Assembly (NCBI GenBank): GCA_965655095.1
Contig: OZ296648.1
Location: 175,336,001 to 175,400,000, forward strand
Reading direction: 5' to 3'
DNA: 64,000 bases
Source: Haplodiscus bocki
Lineage: Eukaryota
This document shows, piece after piece, positions 26,295-39,665 of the stretch; position 1 is the first letter of the stretch; every line of letters starts with the position of its first letter. The notes beneath the pieces are model-generated. The model saw nothing but the letters and a program-made list of their open reading frames with translations, did not search any database and was not told the origin of the DNA. The position numbers were made by a program, and so were the translations under genes.

Positions 26295-28759
26295 TTTGAG
26301 AATCTTTGTTTTTACCTAAAATATCAAGGGAATGAAATATTATAGCGTTTCTTACTTGTATATAAATGTACTTGTAAAATTAACTGCGTTTCTCTTGTTA
26401 TCAGTAGTATTCGTAGTATTGTTCCCCTTTTCAAAATCAGTGATGATTAGTCGATTTGTTCCCTAGTATTGCCTTGGCGCAAGTTTTGCGAAGCACAGCT
26501 TCCCTTCTGTGTTCAGAATTCAGGTTTGCGGTCATCGATTCTTTTGGTTGACTTGGCCAGGATGAAGTACCAAGGCTCTGAACTTGTTGGCGAAAAATAT
26601 ATTCGGAGGTGTTCAACGCAGTTTGTTTTAAGGTATGATGGGTGCCTTTTCCGTTATTGCACTCAGCAGACTAATCACCCTGTTAGTACTGCCATCTATG
26701 TATTCTCTTAGCTACTTGCACAGTACCATCGGAAAAGATTCCGACTGTATTTTGTGAAAACAGTTTCAGACTCTTCCTAGTTTTCACTAATACTCAAAAA
26801 CAACGGTAAGTAGTAAGTCATAGTGGGAGCAAAAGTTTCTGAGAACTTTGTGTTATTTACAAATGATGTTTGGTTGAAAACTAGGAATGTTATTACGGTA
26901 GTTAGCAAGTTTGATAATTACATGAGGTAAAATAGGAATTACATGACAACTTTTGTTTTTTTTTTCAAGCGTCTCAAACTCGAGCATTGTTTTTTACATT
27001 TCTTTTACTTCGAAAGATACTGCGAAACGTTTGTTCTTATAACTTTTCTCAAAAAATGTTTGTGGGGAAGCCCAAAAGCGCTAAAGTTCTGTCCGAAAGT
27101 AATCTATCAATTTAGAGTCCAAGTTTTTTTCTGGCAGTACTGTACTGACGCCTATGCATTCAGCGAATTCATTTTTTGCGAGTTAGTAGACATCAACCGC
27201 ATTTCACAAATTTCTAGTAATTTTCAAGAAGCTGGCTGCTTAGTGAAGCTACTCGAAGCAGATAATTATCTTTTATTCAATGAAATTTGCTTAGCTCAGT
27301 AGGACTGGGGGAAATAATGGGAAGACCCCAAAGCGTTTTACGCTTTTTACTAAGTGAATAAAACAGACATATGAAGGCCACCCTTATAACATCTAATATG
27401 AGAAACGTCTTAGGCTAATTAAGGTAAATTCGCTAATTTTTTGGTTGACTTTAGACAGTTTTTGATTTTGCATTTGTAACTACTGCTAAGTGTGTTATAT
27501 AATACTTCTCGCCAAACTTGTACCAAAAGACTCCCCTAAACCTCTTGAAGCCACTGATACCTCTTGACATCAAAATTATGTTTTTCTACAAAAATGGAGG
27601 ATATAAGTTTGCAAATTTCAAAGTTCCATGTAAATACATGTAATTTCAGTATATAACTTTTTTAAATTAGATTTTCATTCCGAATTTCGCCGTAACTCTG
27701 GAATGGTCAGGGTAAAACTTGCAGGAAAAAATTTTTTAGGTCGATCAAAAATTGAAAAAAAAAACGCGCACTTCAGCTAAATTTGTCCAAAAATGGCTAT
27801 TCGTAACTTTTGCATTATTCGATAGAAGTTCCAAATAGAAACGGTTGTAAACTAATTAAATTTCTAATAATCTGTTAGTGAGGACATTTTTGGAAATTCG
27901 TGATGGTTTTGATGATGTTAGATTTTGATATTGGTGCTTTGCGGCATTTGTTTTTGTTTTTGCTGTAGACTAACTTAGAGCGGCGAGTTTCTTCCAGTTC
28001 TTTTGTTTGGACAGTTGCCTCGTCTAAAAGGTGCATTGATTGCTATTTTCTCCAGCTTTTCAGTGAAATTACCGTGCAGGCTACAAGAAATCCAACGTCC
28101 TTTGAAAATGTTATGTGAAAGAATTACGGGAAAATCGTTCAACGTGATGGAACTTTGTAATTTGTTCAGCTGGTATAAGGAAAACGACGAACTTAGCGGC
28201 AACACAATCTAATAAAGTCAATAATCACTAGATGGCGCCTTATAGGAAATGATGATTTGGACTTTTGGCGTTGTGAAGTATACACCCAGTTTATTTAAGA
28301 ATTTTTCTGAGAACCTGTTGTTCAATTTTGGACCCCAATGTTCTTAATTTTGTTCGTATTTCAGCATCGAAATGATCTTGTTTTGCTATGTTTTGGCCTC
28401 GAACATTTCTTAATTAAGTTAATAAAATAGCTAACTCCTACATGAAAAAAAGTTTGATTATGCGAAATGCCTGAAAAAATGAGCATGTCATACATGTATG
28501 AGAAGTCTTGCGCTTCCATTTTACGTTAATAAGCAATGAGAATTATTGAAACACGTGGCAGCAAGGATCAGTAAGATTGAAATAACAAGTTTATGCATTG
28601 AAAGTTTTATTTCTGCTTTGATGTTAATTAAGCTGGCGAAGCGCCAGCTTACTACCGTCGACTCGAGTTTTCTATATCGTATCGTTCACAACTGGCACAA
28701 GATGATGGTGGAATGAATCTAGCAAAAGTCAGGTAACATTTGGGCCAGTTTATTTATGA

Positions 28760-28817
28760 ACACAGCCATGTGCATTTGGTTAAAACGCCCGTCGGGGTTC
28801 GAGTCCCGTCTTAGCCA
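28760..28817 (+). pseudogene. tRNA-like cassette
   Basis: tggttaaaacgc ... ggggttcgagtccc ... gcca. Confidence 0.55.
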
Positions 28818-30014
28818 AATTTCTTTTGCGCTAGATATTTCTGTTTTTTTTTCAATTTGGCATCGTTTTTTGGAAAAAATCCTAATTCTCTATCGGGAGA
28901 TATCTCTTTTCTGTTTTCGGAATTTTGTTTGCACGTTTACTCTAAATAGAAATTTTCTGATCTGTTCGACTTTTTTGCGATCTTAAATGGTAAAAAATAA
29001 TTAAATTCTATCGTTTTCGGTATTTCGTGCTAGAAATCAGACTGTTTCAAATAAATTTCGTTTTTTTTTCGCTTAATTTTTTCATGCCAAGTCAAATATT
29101 CTGGTGCTGAACTAATTGGAATTAATACCATTTTCAATTAATGCTTCTGTTATTAGTTGGAAAAAATTGTAAATAGCCTGAGTTTTACTTTTTCGCAACA
29201 TTTGCCAAACGAATAATTTTTTTAGCTGGGCATCCAGCACAAATCATTACGCAATTTTGCATTTTTCGGACTCATTTCAAAATCTGAAAGTGTCAATGAA
29301 AGAAATGCTGGTTCTAGTGTTTTAAAGTTGGGCAGAAGGTGCAAATTTTCCGATTTTCCTAATAAGTTCGGATTTTCGCTTTCACGAAGCAGAAATGTAG
29401 ACAAACAGTATAATATTCCTCATTCAGGTTTTTTCGTTGCTTTTGTGGCGTGTTTGATGTGTTCTGGCTATGAGCAGCTAAAATCGGTATTTTCCGGAAT
29501 GTTTGCAATTTTATTTTACATTTCATTTCTCAAGCCACTAGGCTAAAGTTGCAATTTCCGAAACACTAAGCTAATCGAACATGATCCAGTGTCAGAAATA
29601 TAGCTTATTACAGCAGGATTTTCAAAAGTTGAGCGTTTCCAAGTTATTCGGTTGTTTTTGTATCGCTTGTTTTTGACGTTTCGCTCGTTCGCTTTCTACT
29701 AGTTCAGCTACACGGGAATTAGAAACCAATAAAATTTAGTTTTCAATATTTTGTTAAATGTAAATTAAGTAGCTTGAAAACCTTTTCCCTTTTTTACTCC
29801 GCGACTAGCAAATTTTGCGTTTCTTGGCCTTCCTATTGAACTTCGTGATTATGCGTCCACTTCTTTATTGAGGTTTTTTGTTGGTTTTTGGAAAACAGTT
29901 TTTTTTCACATTTGGAGGGCCGTCTTTTTTCCTTTCAAATAATGTTGGGCAAGTTTACTCCGAACTGAATTTTCCTGACTTTTGCGAAATTTTTCGCAGA
30001 GATTTCAAACTGTT

Positions 30015-30500
30015 AATTACACTTACGCAAACAATTGTATTCTCACAGGCTTCTGATTTCTTTTTTCCTGATCCGCTCATGACTCGCGCAAAATTTTCAC
30101 CTGAGAGGGGAAAGAGTGTCCTAGGCTGGAACCTGGGAACGTTGACGCCGCAGTCGCATGCTTTACTGACTGTGCCCGTGTCGGTCGAGAATCTATATAT
30201 TTTTTCAAAATGTCAGGCAGAACAAGTTTTTGGCGTTTCTTACACGAATATACATGTAGAAGAACCAACTGTCTTTCTGTACACTTGTTATCAGTAGGAT
30301 TCGTAGTGTGATGGCCCCTTCTAAAATGAGTGAAATTTAGTCTGTTTTTCACCTGTATTTCGTTGAAGCAAGTGTTGTGAAGCCCAGCCTGGTGTCTGCG
30401 TTGCTTATGTTTCACAGTGTTATATCATAGGCTTCCGTTTTTCGATCCGTCACAACTCGCATTTGTTACTAGATTCTAACTATCCCAAGTTTTGTGCGTG
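30015..30500 (-). repeat. tRNA-Cys-containing ~400-bp repeat unit
   Basis: Colinear with 26130-26520 on both sides of the tRNA cassette (30122-30178), including ttgttatcagtag.attcgtagt. Confidence 0.8.
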
Positions 30501-31739
30501 TGTTCTAGCCTTCGTGCAAAAGAAGACAAAACGTGCGATTCTTTTTTTCCTGGTAAAACGCTTTTCTAGGATTGTAACGATGCACTTTTCTTCGTGGTCC
30601 ACCAACTTCGGTATTTTTTTTTGCGTACGCTCTGTTTACTTGGAACGCTGATTGAAACAAAAGGATTCTGAAGCCACTGACAGTGGGTTGGATTCGATGT
30701 ATGGGCTTTATCGCATCTAAAATTATTCTGGGAACGTCCAAAGATTTCTGCAGCCGTAGCCGGCTGATATTTGTTCCCGGATTCTGTTTTTTTTTTCATT
30801 TTGTGCCAGAAGCAATATCAAACTTTACTTTTTTTGAGAAAACTTCGGACCTTCGGTCAAAAATTGTTTGTCCGCTACCAGTATGGTTTTTTAACTGATC
30901 CACAGGTAGCGGGTTCAGGTCTCAGCATGAACATCGAATTCAACTCCGATATAGGAATTCTTCGCGCCATGCGGCCGGCACCGACTTATGCCGTTCCCAG
31001 TTTCCTAGTGTTTTGAAGTGCGGCGTCTATTGGAGTGCAAAGTAATGCAACTCGGAGCACAAAAGTAGTGAGATATTGTAGATTAACTGAATTTTTTGGT
31101 AATTTCGAATAGGCTTGGATGGTTTTTCAATGCTCAGTTGGTCAGAATATCTATTACCTGGTTTGCTCCAGAAATTTGCCCTTATGCTGTTCTCAGGAGG
31201 CTTCTTGCTTCTAGGATAAACCAATGGGGTACAGAAATACGAGAATGGCTATATAGAGCTAGATGTGTCAAAGCTGTTCCTCAGGAAATTTTTTTCGGTT
31301 TAACTTAGAAACAGGAAATAGTTAATTTTCGACTCATGCTCGGCAGCTTTCTGTTTTTGCTTTTCAGCTATAATTGCATTGAAAATCTACGGGGGGACAT
31401 ATCTGCGAATTATCCGTGAAGTATGAAGCTTTTTGATTGAAAATGGTCGTTTTCAGCTTCCTAGTTCCTAAATTTATGTAGTTTTACAATTTTTGCATGA
31501 TTTTGCTTTTTTGATCAGCGATTCAAATTTTTGATTCCGAATACAGCTAATTGGAGAGTATGGAACCTGGAGAACTTTCACCCTTTTTGGATAACTCAAT
31601 CCAAAATGGTTTTGTGTTAGTGTAAGCCTAGAATTCCGATAGTGTATGATTTTCCATAGTTTTCTTCTTGCTCCTCAGAACAGTTTTTGACCTTTTAATG
31701 CATCCGAAGCACTTCAAGTTCAGGTTCTACTGCTACGTG

Positions 31740-31860
31740 TTCTTACACAACTGGCTAAGTTTCCGAGATTTCGGCCCAATAGTGGGCCATTATCATAAGG
31801 AACTTGGGGCCTTCTGCGCTCCAGTCGATTGCTCTACTAACTGTTCCATTGCAGCTTTAG
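31740..31860 (-). repeat. Decayed tRNA-Cys cassette copy
   Basis: cagtcgattgctctactaactgttccattg matches cagttgaatgctctactgactgtgccattg at 26262. Confidence 0.65.
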
Positions 31861-31999
31861 ATCGAGTGTTTTCCTTTTCAGCATTAGTGGGTACAGCTTT
31901 GAGTTTTGCTCAGCAATATTGGGTACTTCGATTCATCTTGCAAGCTTGGTGATTTTTCATCGGCCGTCACAACTTTTGGTTGTTTTTTTTAATCTCTGT

Positions 32000-34300
32000 G
32001 ATTTTATCGCCATTGAAAATGGCGCAGGTCGCAGTTTCATCCGTGAGAAACTGAATGCTAAGGCCCGTATTTTTCTTTTACGTCTGCGACGTTTTGTTGG
32101 AATATTTCAATAAAAAATTGTTTGCCGGGATTTCCAGCTTTGGGTTTGTCAGGGTTTGTTTTGATTCCTCATTTTCCTGGATCAGAGAGTTGATTAGTTG
32201 AAAGGAAAGCCTTACCGCAGTGAGTCAAACAATGAATTCACCTTAACAGGTCTAGGTTCAAATGAGACAAATCCAGAGTAGCTGTCACTTCTACTTCGAT
32301 TTCCATTTGGAGCATATGGACAATCGCTGCCGCCTCTTTGGCCTGGTGATCGGTTAGTTGAACTGGGAGATTTTGTTCGATTCGGCTAGTTCTGAGATTA
32401 AGTTTCTCTCAATTGGGGAGCTGTGTTTTCATCTGTATTTTTTTTGAATGCCCAACAATTATTGATTGTGTCATCCAATTTTTTGCATTATGTACAAAGC
32501 AAGTGAAATCTTGCTTCATCTTGTTTTTCTTCCGGATCATACATGGCGTTGATCTGATGATTGTCCGCCGTATTGCTGATTTCAGTCAGAGTTTTTCAAT
32601 GTTCGTGAAACGTCAGTCAGTGGTTCCACCAGATTTAGTAGAGTCGATGGTTGTGGGCCGGATGTTACAAAATTTTCTATTGAGCTCTTGTCTTTTTTAT
32701 ATTAACGTCTGCAATGCGTCCCCTGTTTTGTTGGGATCTTCGATCTTTGGTTGGTCAGCTTCTTGTTCAAGTCGTGAGTTGTTGAAACGCGTACAAGTTA
32801 GTCTTTAATCTTACCATTTCTTTGGTTTTCACACGCTCTTTCGCACTTGCATCTTCGTCGGAAGAGGTCAGCCGTCCCTTTTCAACTTGTTTTTCGTTGT
32901 AAATAGATCCTCAGAATTTCGTCGTTCTGTCTTTCCAGAACCTCAACTTCGATTTGCAATCGTTTTTGCATTTTCTCATTTGCGAATTCCGTCCCACGGT
33001 AATTGAGTTTCTAGTGAGTCGAACCTTTCGGAAGCTGGTCCTCGTAAGATAGATCTAAAAAGGCTTTCCTTCGGTCGTCATCTATGATTTTCTTTCTGGT
33101 TTGATTAGTTTGCCTCGACAGAAACTGATTTTCTTTCGTAGTTTTGGAATAAACGCTGTCGGAACTTCACTTGAGTCAATTCGGTTAATCTTCTCTGATG
33201 CTAGGTCTGGGTATGCTACGTCGTTTGCCATTTTCTATTTGATCAATGGCTCTAATTTAGTGGTCTTTGCCGTTCCATTTTGTGTTCACTTGGATTTTAC
33301 TTCTACTTTTTTCCACACAAACAATTTCTGTGATTGGAGTTTCTTTGCCCCTTCACTGTTCTTGTGTTGGAGTGTCTCTGCTCTTTCACAATATCATCTA
33401 TGAATTTTGAAATAATTTTGTGGACAGATCTGCTTTTTAAAGCCCTAACGTGGAGTAAATCCAAGGAAGCAGGCGAGGTGAAATTTGGGTTTTCCAATTT
33501 CTTGCGAAAACGTCGCTGGTACCGTTTATTATAAAGATCACTCTTGTATCAAAATAACATTCTTACACTGAACGCGCCCATGCAAATACCGAAGCTGACA
33601 TCTGTGGATACTGTTTATTCTCAGTTTCAAGAGTATAATTTTTGGTCCTGGTTTGGTTTTCTATTATCTATTTCAGTTACTACATTGTATAATATTGCAA
33701 AAACGCCTTGCCATTCAGGAAAATTTGCTCTAAATTTGCCAATTTCTGAAGATAGATCCCACTGGGGAAAAACCCAATCAAAATATGTTCATTCGTTTTT
33801 TTTGGTCGTACAAATTGAGGAGTGAACATTGTTTTTTACTCTGGTCGCACCAGATGATGTAAACCGGTTGTTTTGTGGTTAATCGACTCGCTTTCTCACT
33901 TGTATCAGTCGGAAAAATGTACTGAATGTACTTTGCAGGTCTTTTTTTTCGTTGAAGTTTTTAAGTCTGAACTTTTCGGATATTATGAAACAAATTCAGG
34001 ACGCTTGGACCGTTGATTTTGAGAAAGTTATAAACTGGAGAAGAAAGTGGAGAAAATTACTGTTGCATTCATCTTGTTCCTCTTTGGAATAAACGTTAAT
34101 TTATTTCTCCACCTCAGGACAGTTGTTCTCTGGCATGGCCTTTTCCTATTTGCTGAACATTTTGTGTTTCTCTCTAAGAGCGTTGCTATTCGTTTAGAAA
34201 ATTATAAATGCTCAAATCAATTGGCTTCGGATTTAATTATATCCTCTGGTGAGTTTCCGTGGATATTTTCTTTTAGGAAATTGGACTGAACTTGATGGGT
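32000..34300 (-). mobile_element. Decayed LINE ORF1 plus EN start
   Basis: SGI..L...I..G motif (~33720-33765) and a QET-like RET (~32400-32410). Confidence 0.4.
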
Positions 34301-34359
34301 AGCGAATTCCTACACACTGTAGAAACGTCCAAATTTTGAGGTAAGATTTGGGAAAGGAA

Positions 34360-35097
34360 CGTGTCCTGGTGGTCTAGAGGGTAGGACTGAGGGCGGTTAG
34401 GCCGAATTTTTTTTGAGTTCCTGACCATATTTATAATATGGATGAAAAATCATCTACTCCAGTTTCGTGTTTTTTTTACCCGTTGTTTGCCACTTGCGAT
34501 CTTGTTTAACGATGTTGGCCGTTTTCCCACACGTTCGCAAAAATATTCGTGTGGGCACATAGAATGCAGTTTTGACCACCCTGCCGAAAGTTTTTCTCAA
34601 AGTCCCGAAGTTTTTCATTCAAGGTCCGTAAATGACAAAAAATTTCCCCGTAATGTTGGTCTGGGCGTTTAGAAAGCTGTTTCAGCAACCCTGCCATAAA
34701 CTCTCCGCCAAATGTCCGCGCCCGTTCAGCTCAAAATCCGAAAATAATCATGAAAATCCCTATTTTTCTAAAATTATTCATTTTTCCTCAAAAAATTCCT
34801 CTGGACTTGTAGAATGCAGTTTTGACAACCCTGGCAAGTTTTTTGGTTTCGTTTTGAAAACATCGTTTTTCAAAATCGCTGAATTTGGAATTTTTACTGT
34901 AGAATTCGTATCAATTGATTTTTTTTCTTGAAAATGTCTTTTCCTTTTTAATTGTGGGATTATTTTGCAAAAGATCAGAAAATTTTTAAATATCGAAATA
35001 TTACAAAATTAGAAGAAAGTTTTTTCAAAGAAAAATAGTGCCATCCTTTTAAAAGTTGGTGGGAGGAAAATTTGCCGGTGCTAGCCGGCCGTCTTGT
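34360..35097 (+). mobile_element. HINE-like element: tRNA-Glu-like 5' half, three tandem units, type-1 end
   Basis: tcctggtggtctagagggtaggact resembles tRNA-Glu TCCCTGGTGGTCTAGTGGTTAGGATT. agaatgcagttttgac.accctg-like units at 34561, 34671 and 34811. Ends gccggtgctagccggccgtcttgt. Confidence 0.6.
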
Positions 35098-38000
35098 TTC
35101 AAATCCAGCTGACTTCGTCAGTTGTGAAGTTGGCTTTCTGGTTTAATGAGCCAATCAGTAAAAATTTAGTTTTTTTTTCGTTCCATCAAAGCGGCAAGCA
35201 TTCTTGCTTCTGGAGGCTCGTTTATCATGTTTCAATTAATGTAAATCATTTCGTGGATACCAAAAGCACTGAATTGGCCACCTACAACTAAAATGATCAT
35301 TGGAATAATTTTAATTCATTGTGTTTGTTTTCTGGCATTGTTTCTGATTTATCACTTTCAGGAGCGTTTTCTCAGGTTTTTTCTACAAGGAAGGCCAGTT
35401 TAATTTTCGGTACAAATGGAAGGTTTAGAAATTTATAGTGAAAAGCAGTATTACAGGATCCCTTGCACGTTCAGGTTTCAATAGTACATTTTATGGTTGC
35501 AAAACACGATAAAGTAAAAATCAACTGCTTAATATCCAAGTTTATCGAACTCAGTTAAATGCGAATATCATAGTTTATTTTTTAAAGTTTTTATGGGATG
35601 TGTTTTTCGTATTCGTTCGTCTGCAATAATCATGCTGTTTTAATCAATATGAATCGATAGGAAAGAATTATCCTAACTTGTGTTTTGGTAACCAGGTAGA
35701 TTCACTTGTGACGAAAACCCTATTGTTTTCAAGCTGTTCCCATACTCTTCTCCATTTATGCACTCGTTCAGACGTGAAAGTTTCTGTTTAAATGCTGCCG
35801 TTTTCTTAAACATAACCTCATTTAATACTAAATAGTTGGCATAGAGGTAAAAGACGTTACGCACTATTGAATGGCTGTATGATCGAGCCATCTTCCATGC
35901 AATGTCTTTGTTACCTGAGTAACACAATTTGCTGCAGGCTAGTAGCTTTAAAAACTAAGATCTGTCAATCACAAGTGGCTAAGAAGAGGCGATGGCTCAA
36001 GATCAATAGATCTACAACGACTCATTAAACCGGGACCTGTCCCATAGGACAACAACAAGAAAGAATGATATCTGCTGCTGAATTCATTTCATCATTACCA
36101 CATGCATGGATGAAAGTTGGAAAGTAATGGTGTGTGGCGCAATTTTTAACTGTGGAGAGGAGCAGGAAGACAGCTAATTTGAAAGCATTCCATCCCAATT
36201 TTTGAGCGAAGCAACTAACAACTACACCACTCCTTGCCTTTCCTTCTGTCCGCTGCTGTCATTGATGTTTCCAATTTCCTCCACATTTTTTCCCTTTCCA
36301 CATATGGTTTTTTCCACGGACACTGTCGATTATGAAAGTTACTTAACATAAAATCTCTACTTTCGAGTATTCCTGTTTATATGCTGCACCTCTAACTTTC
36401 ATAATTTCATCTGCAGAATTTTTTCACAGTTTTTAAGACGTTCATATCATTTTATTGACAATATCATACGGTTGGCACGCTACTTTCATGTGTAAGTATA
36501 ATACAATTTGATTTTTTGGTCGCGCTTTCGAAAATGAAAATAGAATGCTCACGTAATTGCAAACTGGGGTTTCAAGTGGTCGAGATGTAGAATGAGGAGA
36601 TTTCAACTGATTTAAACTTTGACCGTGTACTGATTTTTTCGTCTTTTAATTTTTAATCCGAAAATTGCTGACCAAAAGCTATTCTTTTTATACTCGATCA
36701 AAAGCAAATTTCTTGCCTTGAACTTCATACAGTGGGTCGCCGTTGGACGGAACTTCCGATCATCAACGGTTTTAGTAAAATGAACTACATTTGCAACGAA
36801 AAAAAGCTCACAATTGTCACCAAAATGCGAGTGTTAATTTATGAACAAGTAAATTCAGTGATGTATACTTGAGAGGAAAGGAGGAAAAACTTTTCATTTT
36901 GTAATTAATGCATTCAGCAGATTGTCTCAATTTTTTGGGTCAACTCGACCGATATGCTGAAACGTTGGTTAAACTTTAACGATGCAAGACGGAACAGCTG
37001 AACATGATTTGCGAACCTGGCTTGACTTGAACGATGACAAAAAATTGTCTTGAAGACATCAGGCTGCTATGACCTAAAGCAAACATTTGCTTTAGTTATT
37101 GCATCAAACTTTTCCAGCAATTTATAGAAGATACATCGTTCAATGCATGAAAGGTTCGAGATAGTTTGGAGGTGCCTATTTGAACCATCTGGTGCTTGTG
37201 TTAATAATGCAATGGGAAAACAGTGATACTGTAAATGAAAGTTTACATCCACTGAATTGTTACTTGCACTTAAGTTTTGGCTAATTCAAAATGCAAGTTA
37301 AATCAATTTTGAATCGATTTGTTCAGTTGTGTAACTTTTTATTACCTCGCGTAAAATAGGGAATCAATATTTCATTGTGTTTGCGAATTCTTCTAGTCTT
37401 ATAATAGATTCTTTTATGAGCTTATAACGGAAGTCAATCGATCGTGTTCGTGATAAATTTGCTTCGGAAAAAAACGAGTCTGAAGAATTTTTCTCACTCC
37501 GAGCTGCTTGCTATTCACTTAGGTCTCGTAAGAGGTAGAGAAGAAATTCACCAGGACTGAGGGTCTTTGCTATTCATGTTTTGAGTTCCAAGTTTTTTGC
37601 CAGTTTAAGCATTCAACTTTTGCTTGCAACTGCAAATATTTATAGAAGTTGTACAATTTACTACAATTACTTTATGCCAATCTTAAGGTTAGAAATGAAT
37701 ATGGCAATTTCAACACACAGCTGTGATCTTTGTCCCAAGACGCAGTTACGTATTCACATTTTGAACTTTCAACGTTTGCTGCGAGAATCGTCAAATTTCC
37801 TCCCTGCATCAAATTTCAAATCCCATTGAAATTCTAGGTCACTCAATAATCACCGACCAAATGCTTAGAAAACAAATCGACGAATTCGTGAATTGAAGCA
37901 GGTACCAAATTATATGTGGAGGTTGCAGGGGGGAAATGTTTTCTCGGCTAAATGCAAGTCTGTTGGTCTGTTTTTTGCATAGTTGGTCTTTTTGCTGCAC

Positions 38001-38499
38001 ATACGTGTACATCTTTACCATTAATTACACTCAATCTTCACTTTTTGATTTTGTGACCCTAGCTTCTGAGAGAGCGCTTGCTGCCTCGTTACGCTACTTC
38101 TCTGGTAATCAAACTTGCTCGATACCATCCAAATTAATTCGAAATTTCAATTTCGGGAAATTCACAAGAAACAGCTAATGAGAACGGCTGATTTTCCGGG
38201 TTTTCGTACCTTTCCGCTCGTTTTTTTTTATATGGAGAGAAAATGATAGTTTTAATATCCAGGCATTTTTGGGTAAAATTTGAAAAATTATAAATGGCGC
38301 GAGCAAAACTGTTGCTATAAATAGTATGATGGTACTCAAATACTAGATCCGGATTGAACGAGGAAAATTCCTATGAGTATGTTACAATAAATAGCATGAT
38401 GATGTTAGTAATGACTTGTATAGAAAAAATCTTGTTACGAGTTTCAGTTTGTATTGAAAATCCTCTATTTTTGTCTAAAAAACGGGCTAGTACATAGTA

Positions 38500-39180
38500 A
38501 ATTATAAAAGGTTTGGGTTACAGCAAATTATCCATTTTAAACGTCGAACACGGCAATTTAGACAAGTTGCTTGGCAGTTTTGGGCAGAACACAGTTTTTT
38601 CTAATAGCGGATCTCTTATTGCCCCGTCAAAACAACGTTCAACCGTTGAGGAATTGAGTTTTTCCAAATTTTGTTCCCCAGCATTTCTGATTCTCGATTT
38701 GCAAGCGTACGTAGAGTTGCTTTGGAAAGTTTGGCCGATTCAGGTGAGGATCCATAAAAGTTCACTAAATATTTTGAAAAAAATTGAACCGGTTTTTGAA
38801 GCGTCGACTAAATACCATGACGTCATCGGAAACTCGATTTTGATCGATGAAATATTTTCACGAAATTGACATCTGAGCGTGTAAATTTTCTGATTTGAAT
38901 CTTCGTAAATGTGACTCTTGATCGGTGCTAGAGATTTTGGTGTTCATATTTGCCATAGCATGCTGCTATTGTGCAAATTTTCAAGGTTTTTTCTAATTTG
39001 TCCCAGTTTTAGAACTAACGTCTTCTCGAGGACTTCTCCAGTCCAGTGTTGATCCAGTTGTTTTTTCCAATGGTACCAAGTGGCATCGAATGTTTTAGAA
39101 GCCCTTGGGTTGTTGAAAACATTTTCTCGTTCTGACAGTTTCGTGAATTTTTTCAGTATCTCTGGTATTTTATAATTTCT
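38500..39180 (-). mobile_element. Decayed LINE ORF2 EN-RT linker fragment
   Basis: G..WK.N-like (~39060-39080), AGE and DG...DP motifs in order on the - strand. Confidence 0.35.
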
Positions 39181-39309
39181 AAATCCCGTTACAAATCCAT
39201 ACCTTGTTATTTTTCACCGCATATGTAATATGCAAGAAAAATTATTCATTCAGTGGGGTCGTTCTTCTTTTTTTTCAGACCAAAATTGCCAACTTTTTAT
39301 TCAGAAATA

Positions 39310-39665
39310 AATGACAGCAGTTGGGTTAGGACAACAGGGTTCTCAAGCAATAGGTTCGAGGCTCGAGTCTTTGTCGTGCCAAATAGTTTTACTATTTATC
39401 CCTAACATTTTTCGATACCCGAAATTAGTGAAACACAAAAGGGTTCCCCTACGAAATTTTTCGGCACTGAGACAAAAAAATTTTCACCGGAAACTCGTGA
39501 TACCCTTTTGCATAAAGTAAAGAAATCAGTGGTGGAATTGATGTTAGTAAAAACTCTTTGAAAACTAAATTCAAAACAGTAGTTTTGTTTTTAACCGTTT
39601 GCAAAAGTTGATCAAAATATTTGTGGTTGGGCGAAAAATATGCCGGTGCTGGCCGGCCGTCTTGT
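39310..39665 (+). mobile_element. HINE-like element: tRNA-like cassette, one satellite unit, type-1 end
   Basis: gggttaggaca...ggttcgag at ~39323-39360. 39400-39665 is the reverse-complement homolog of 63605-63960. Ends tatgccggtgctggccggccgtcttgt. Confidence 0.7.

Noticed and set aside
37075-37096. Palindrome ctaaagcaaa-ca-tttgctttag
   Set aside because: Isolated and AT-rich, with no associated structure.
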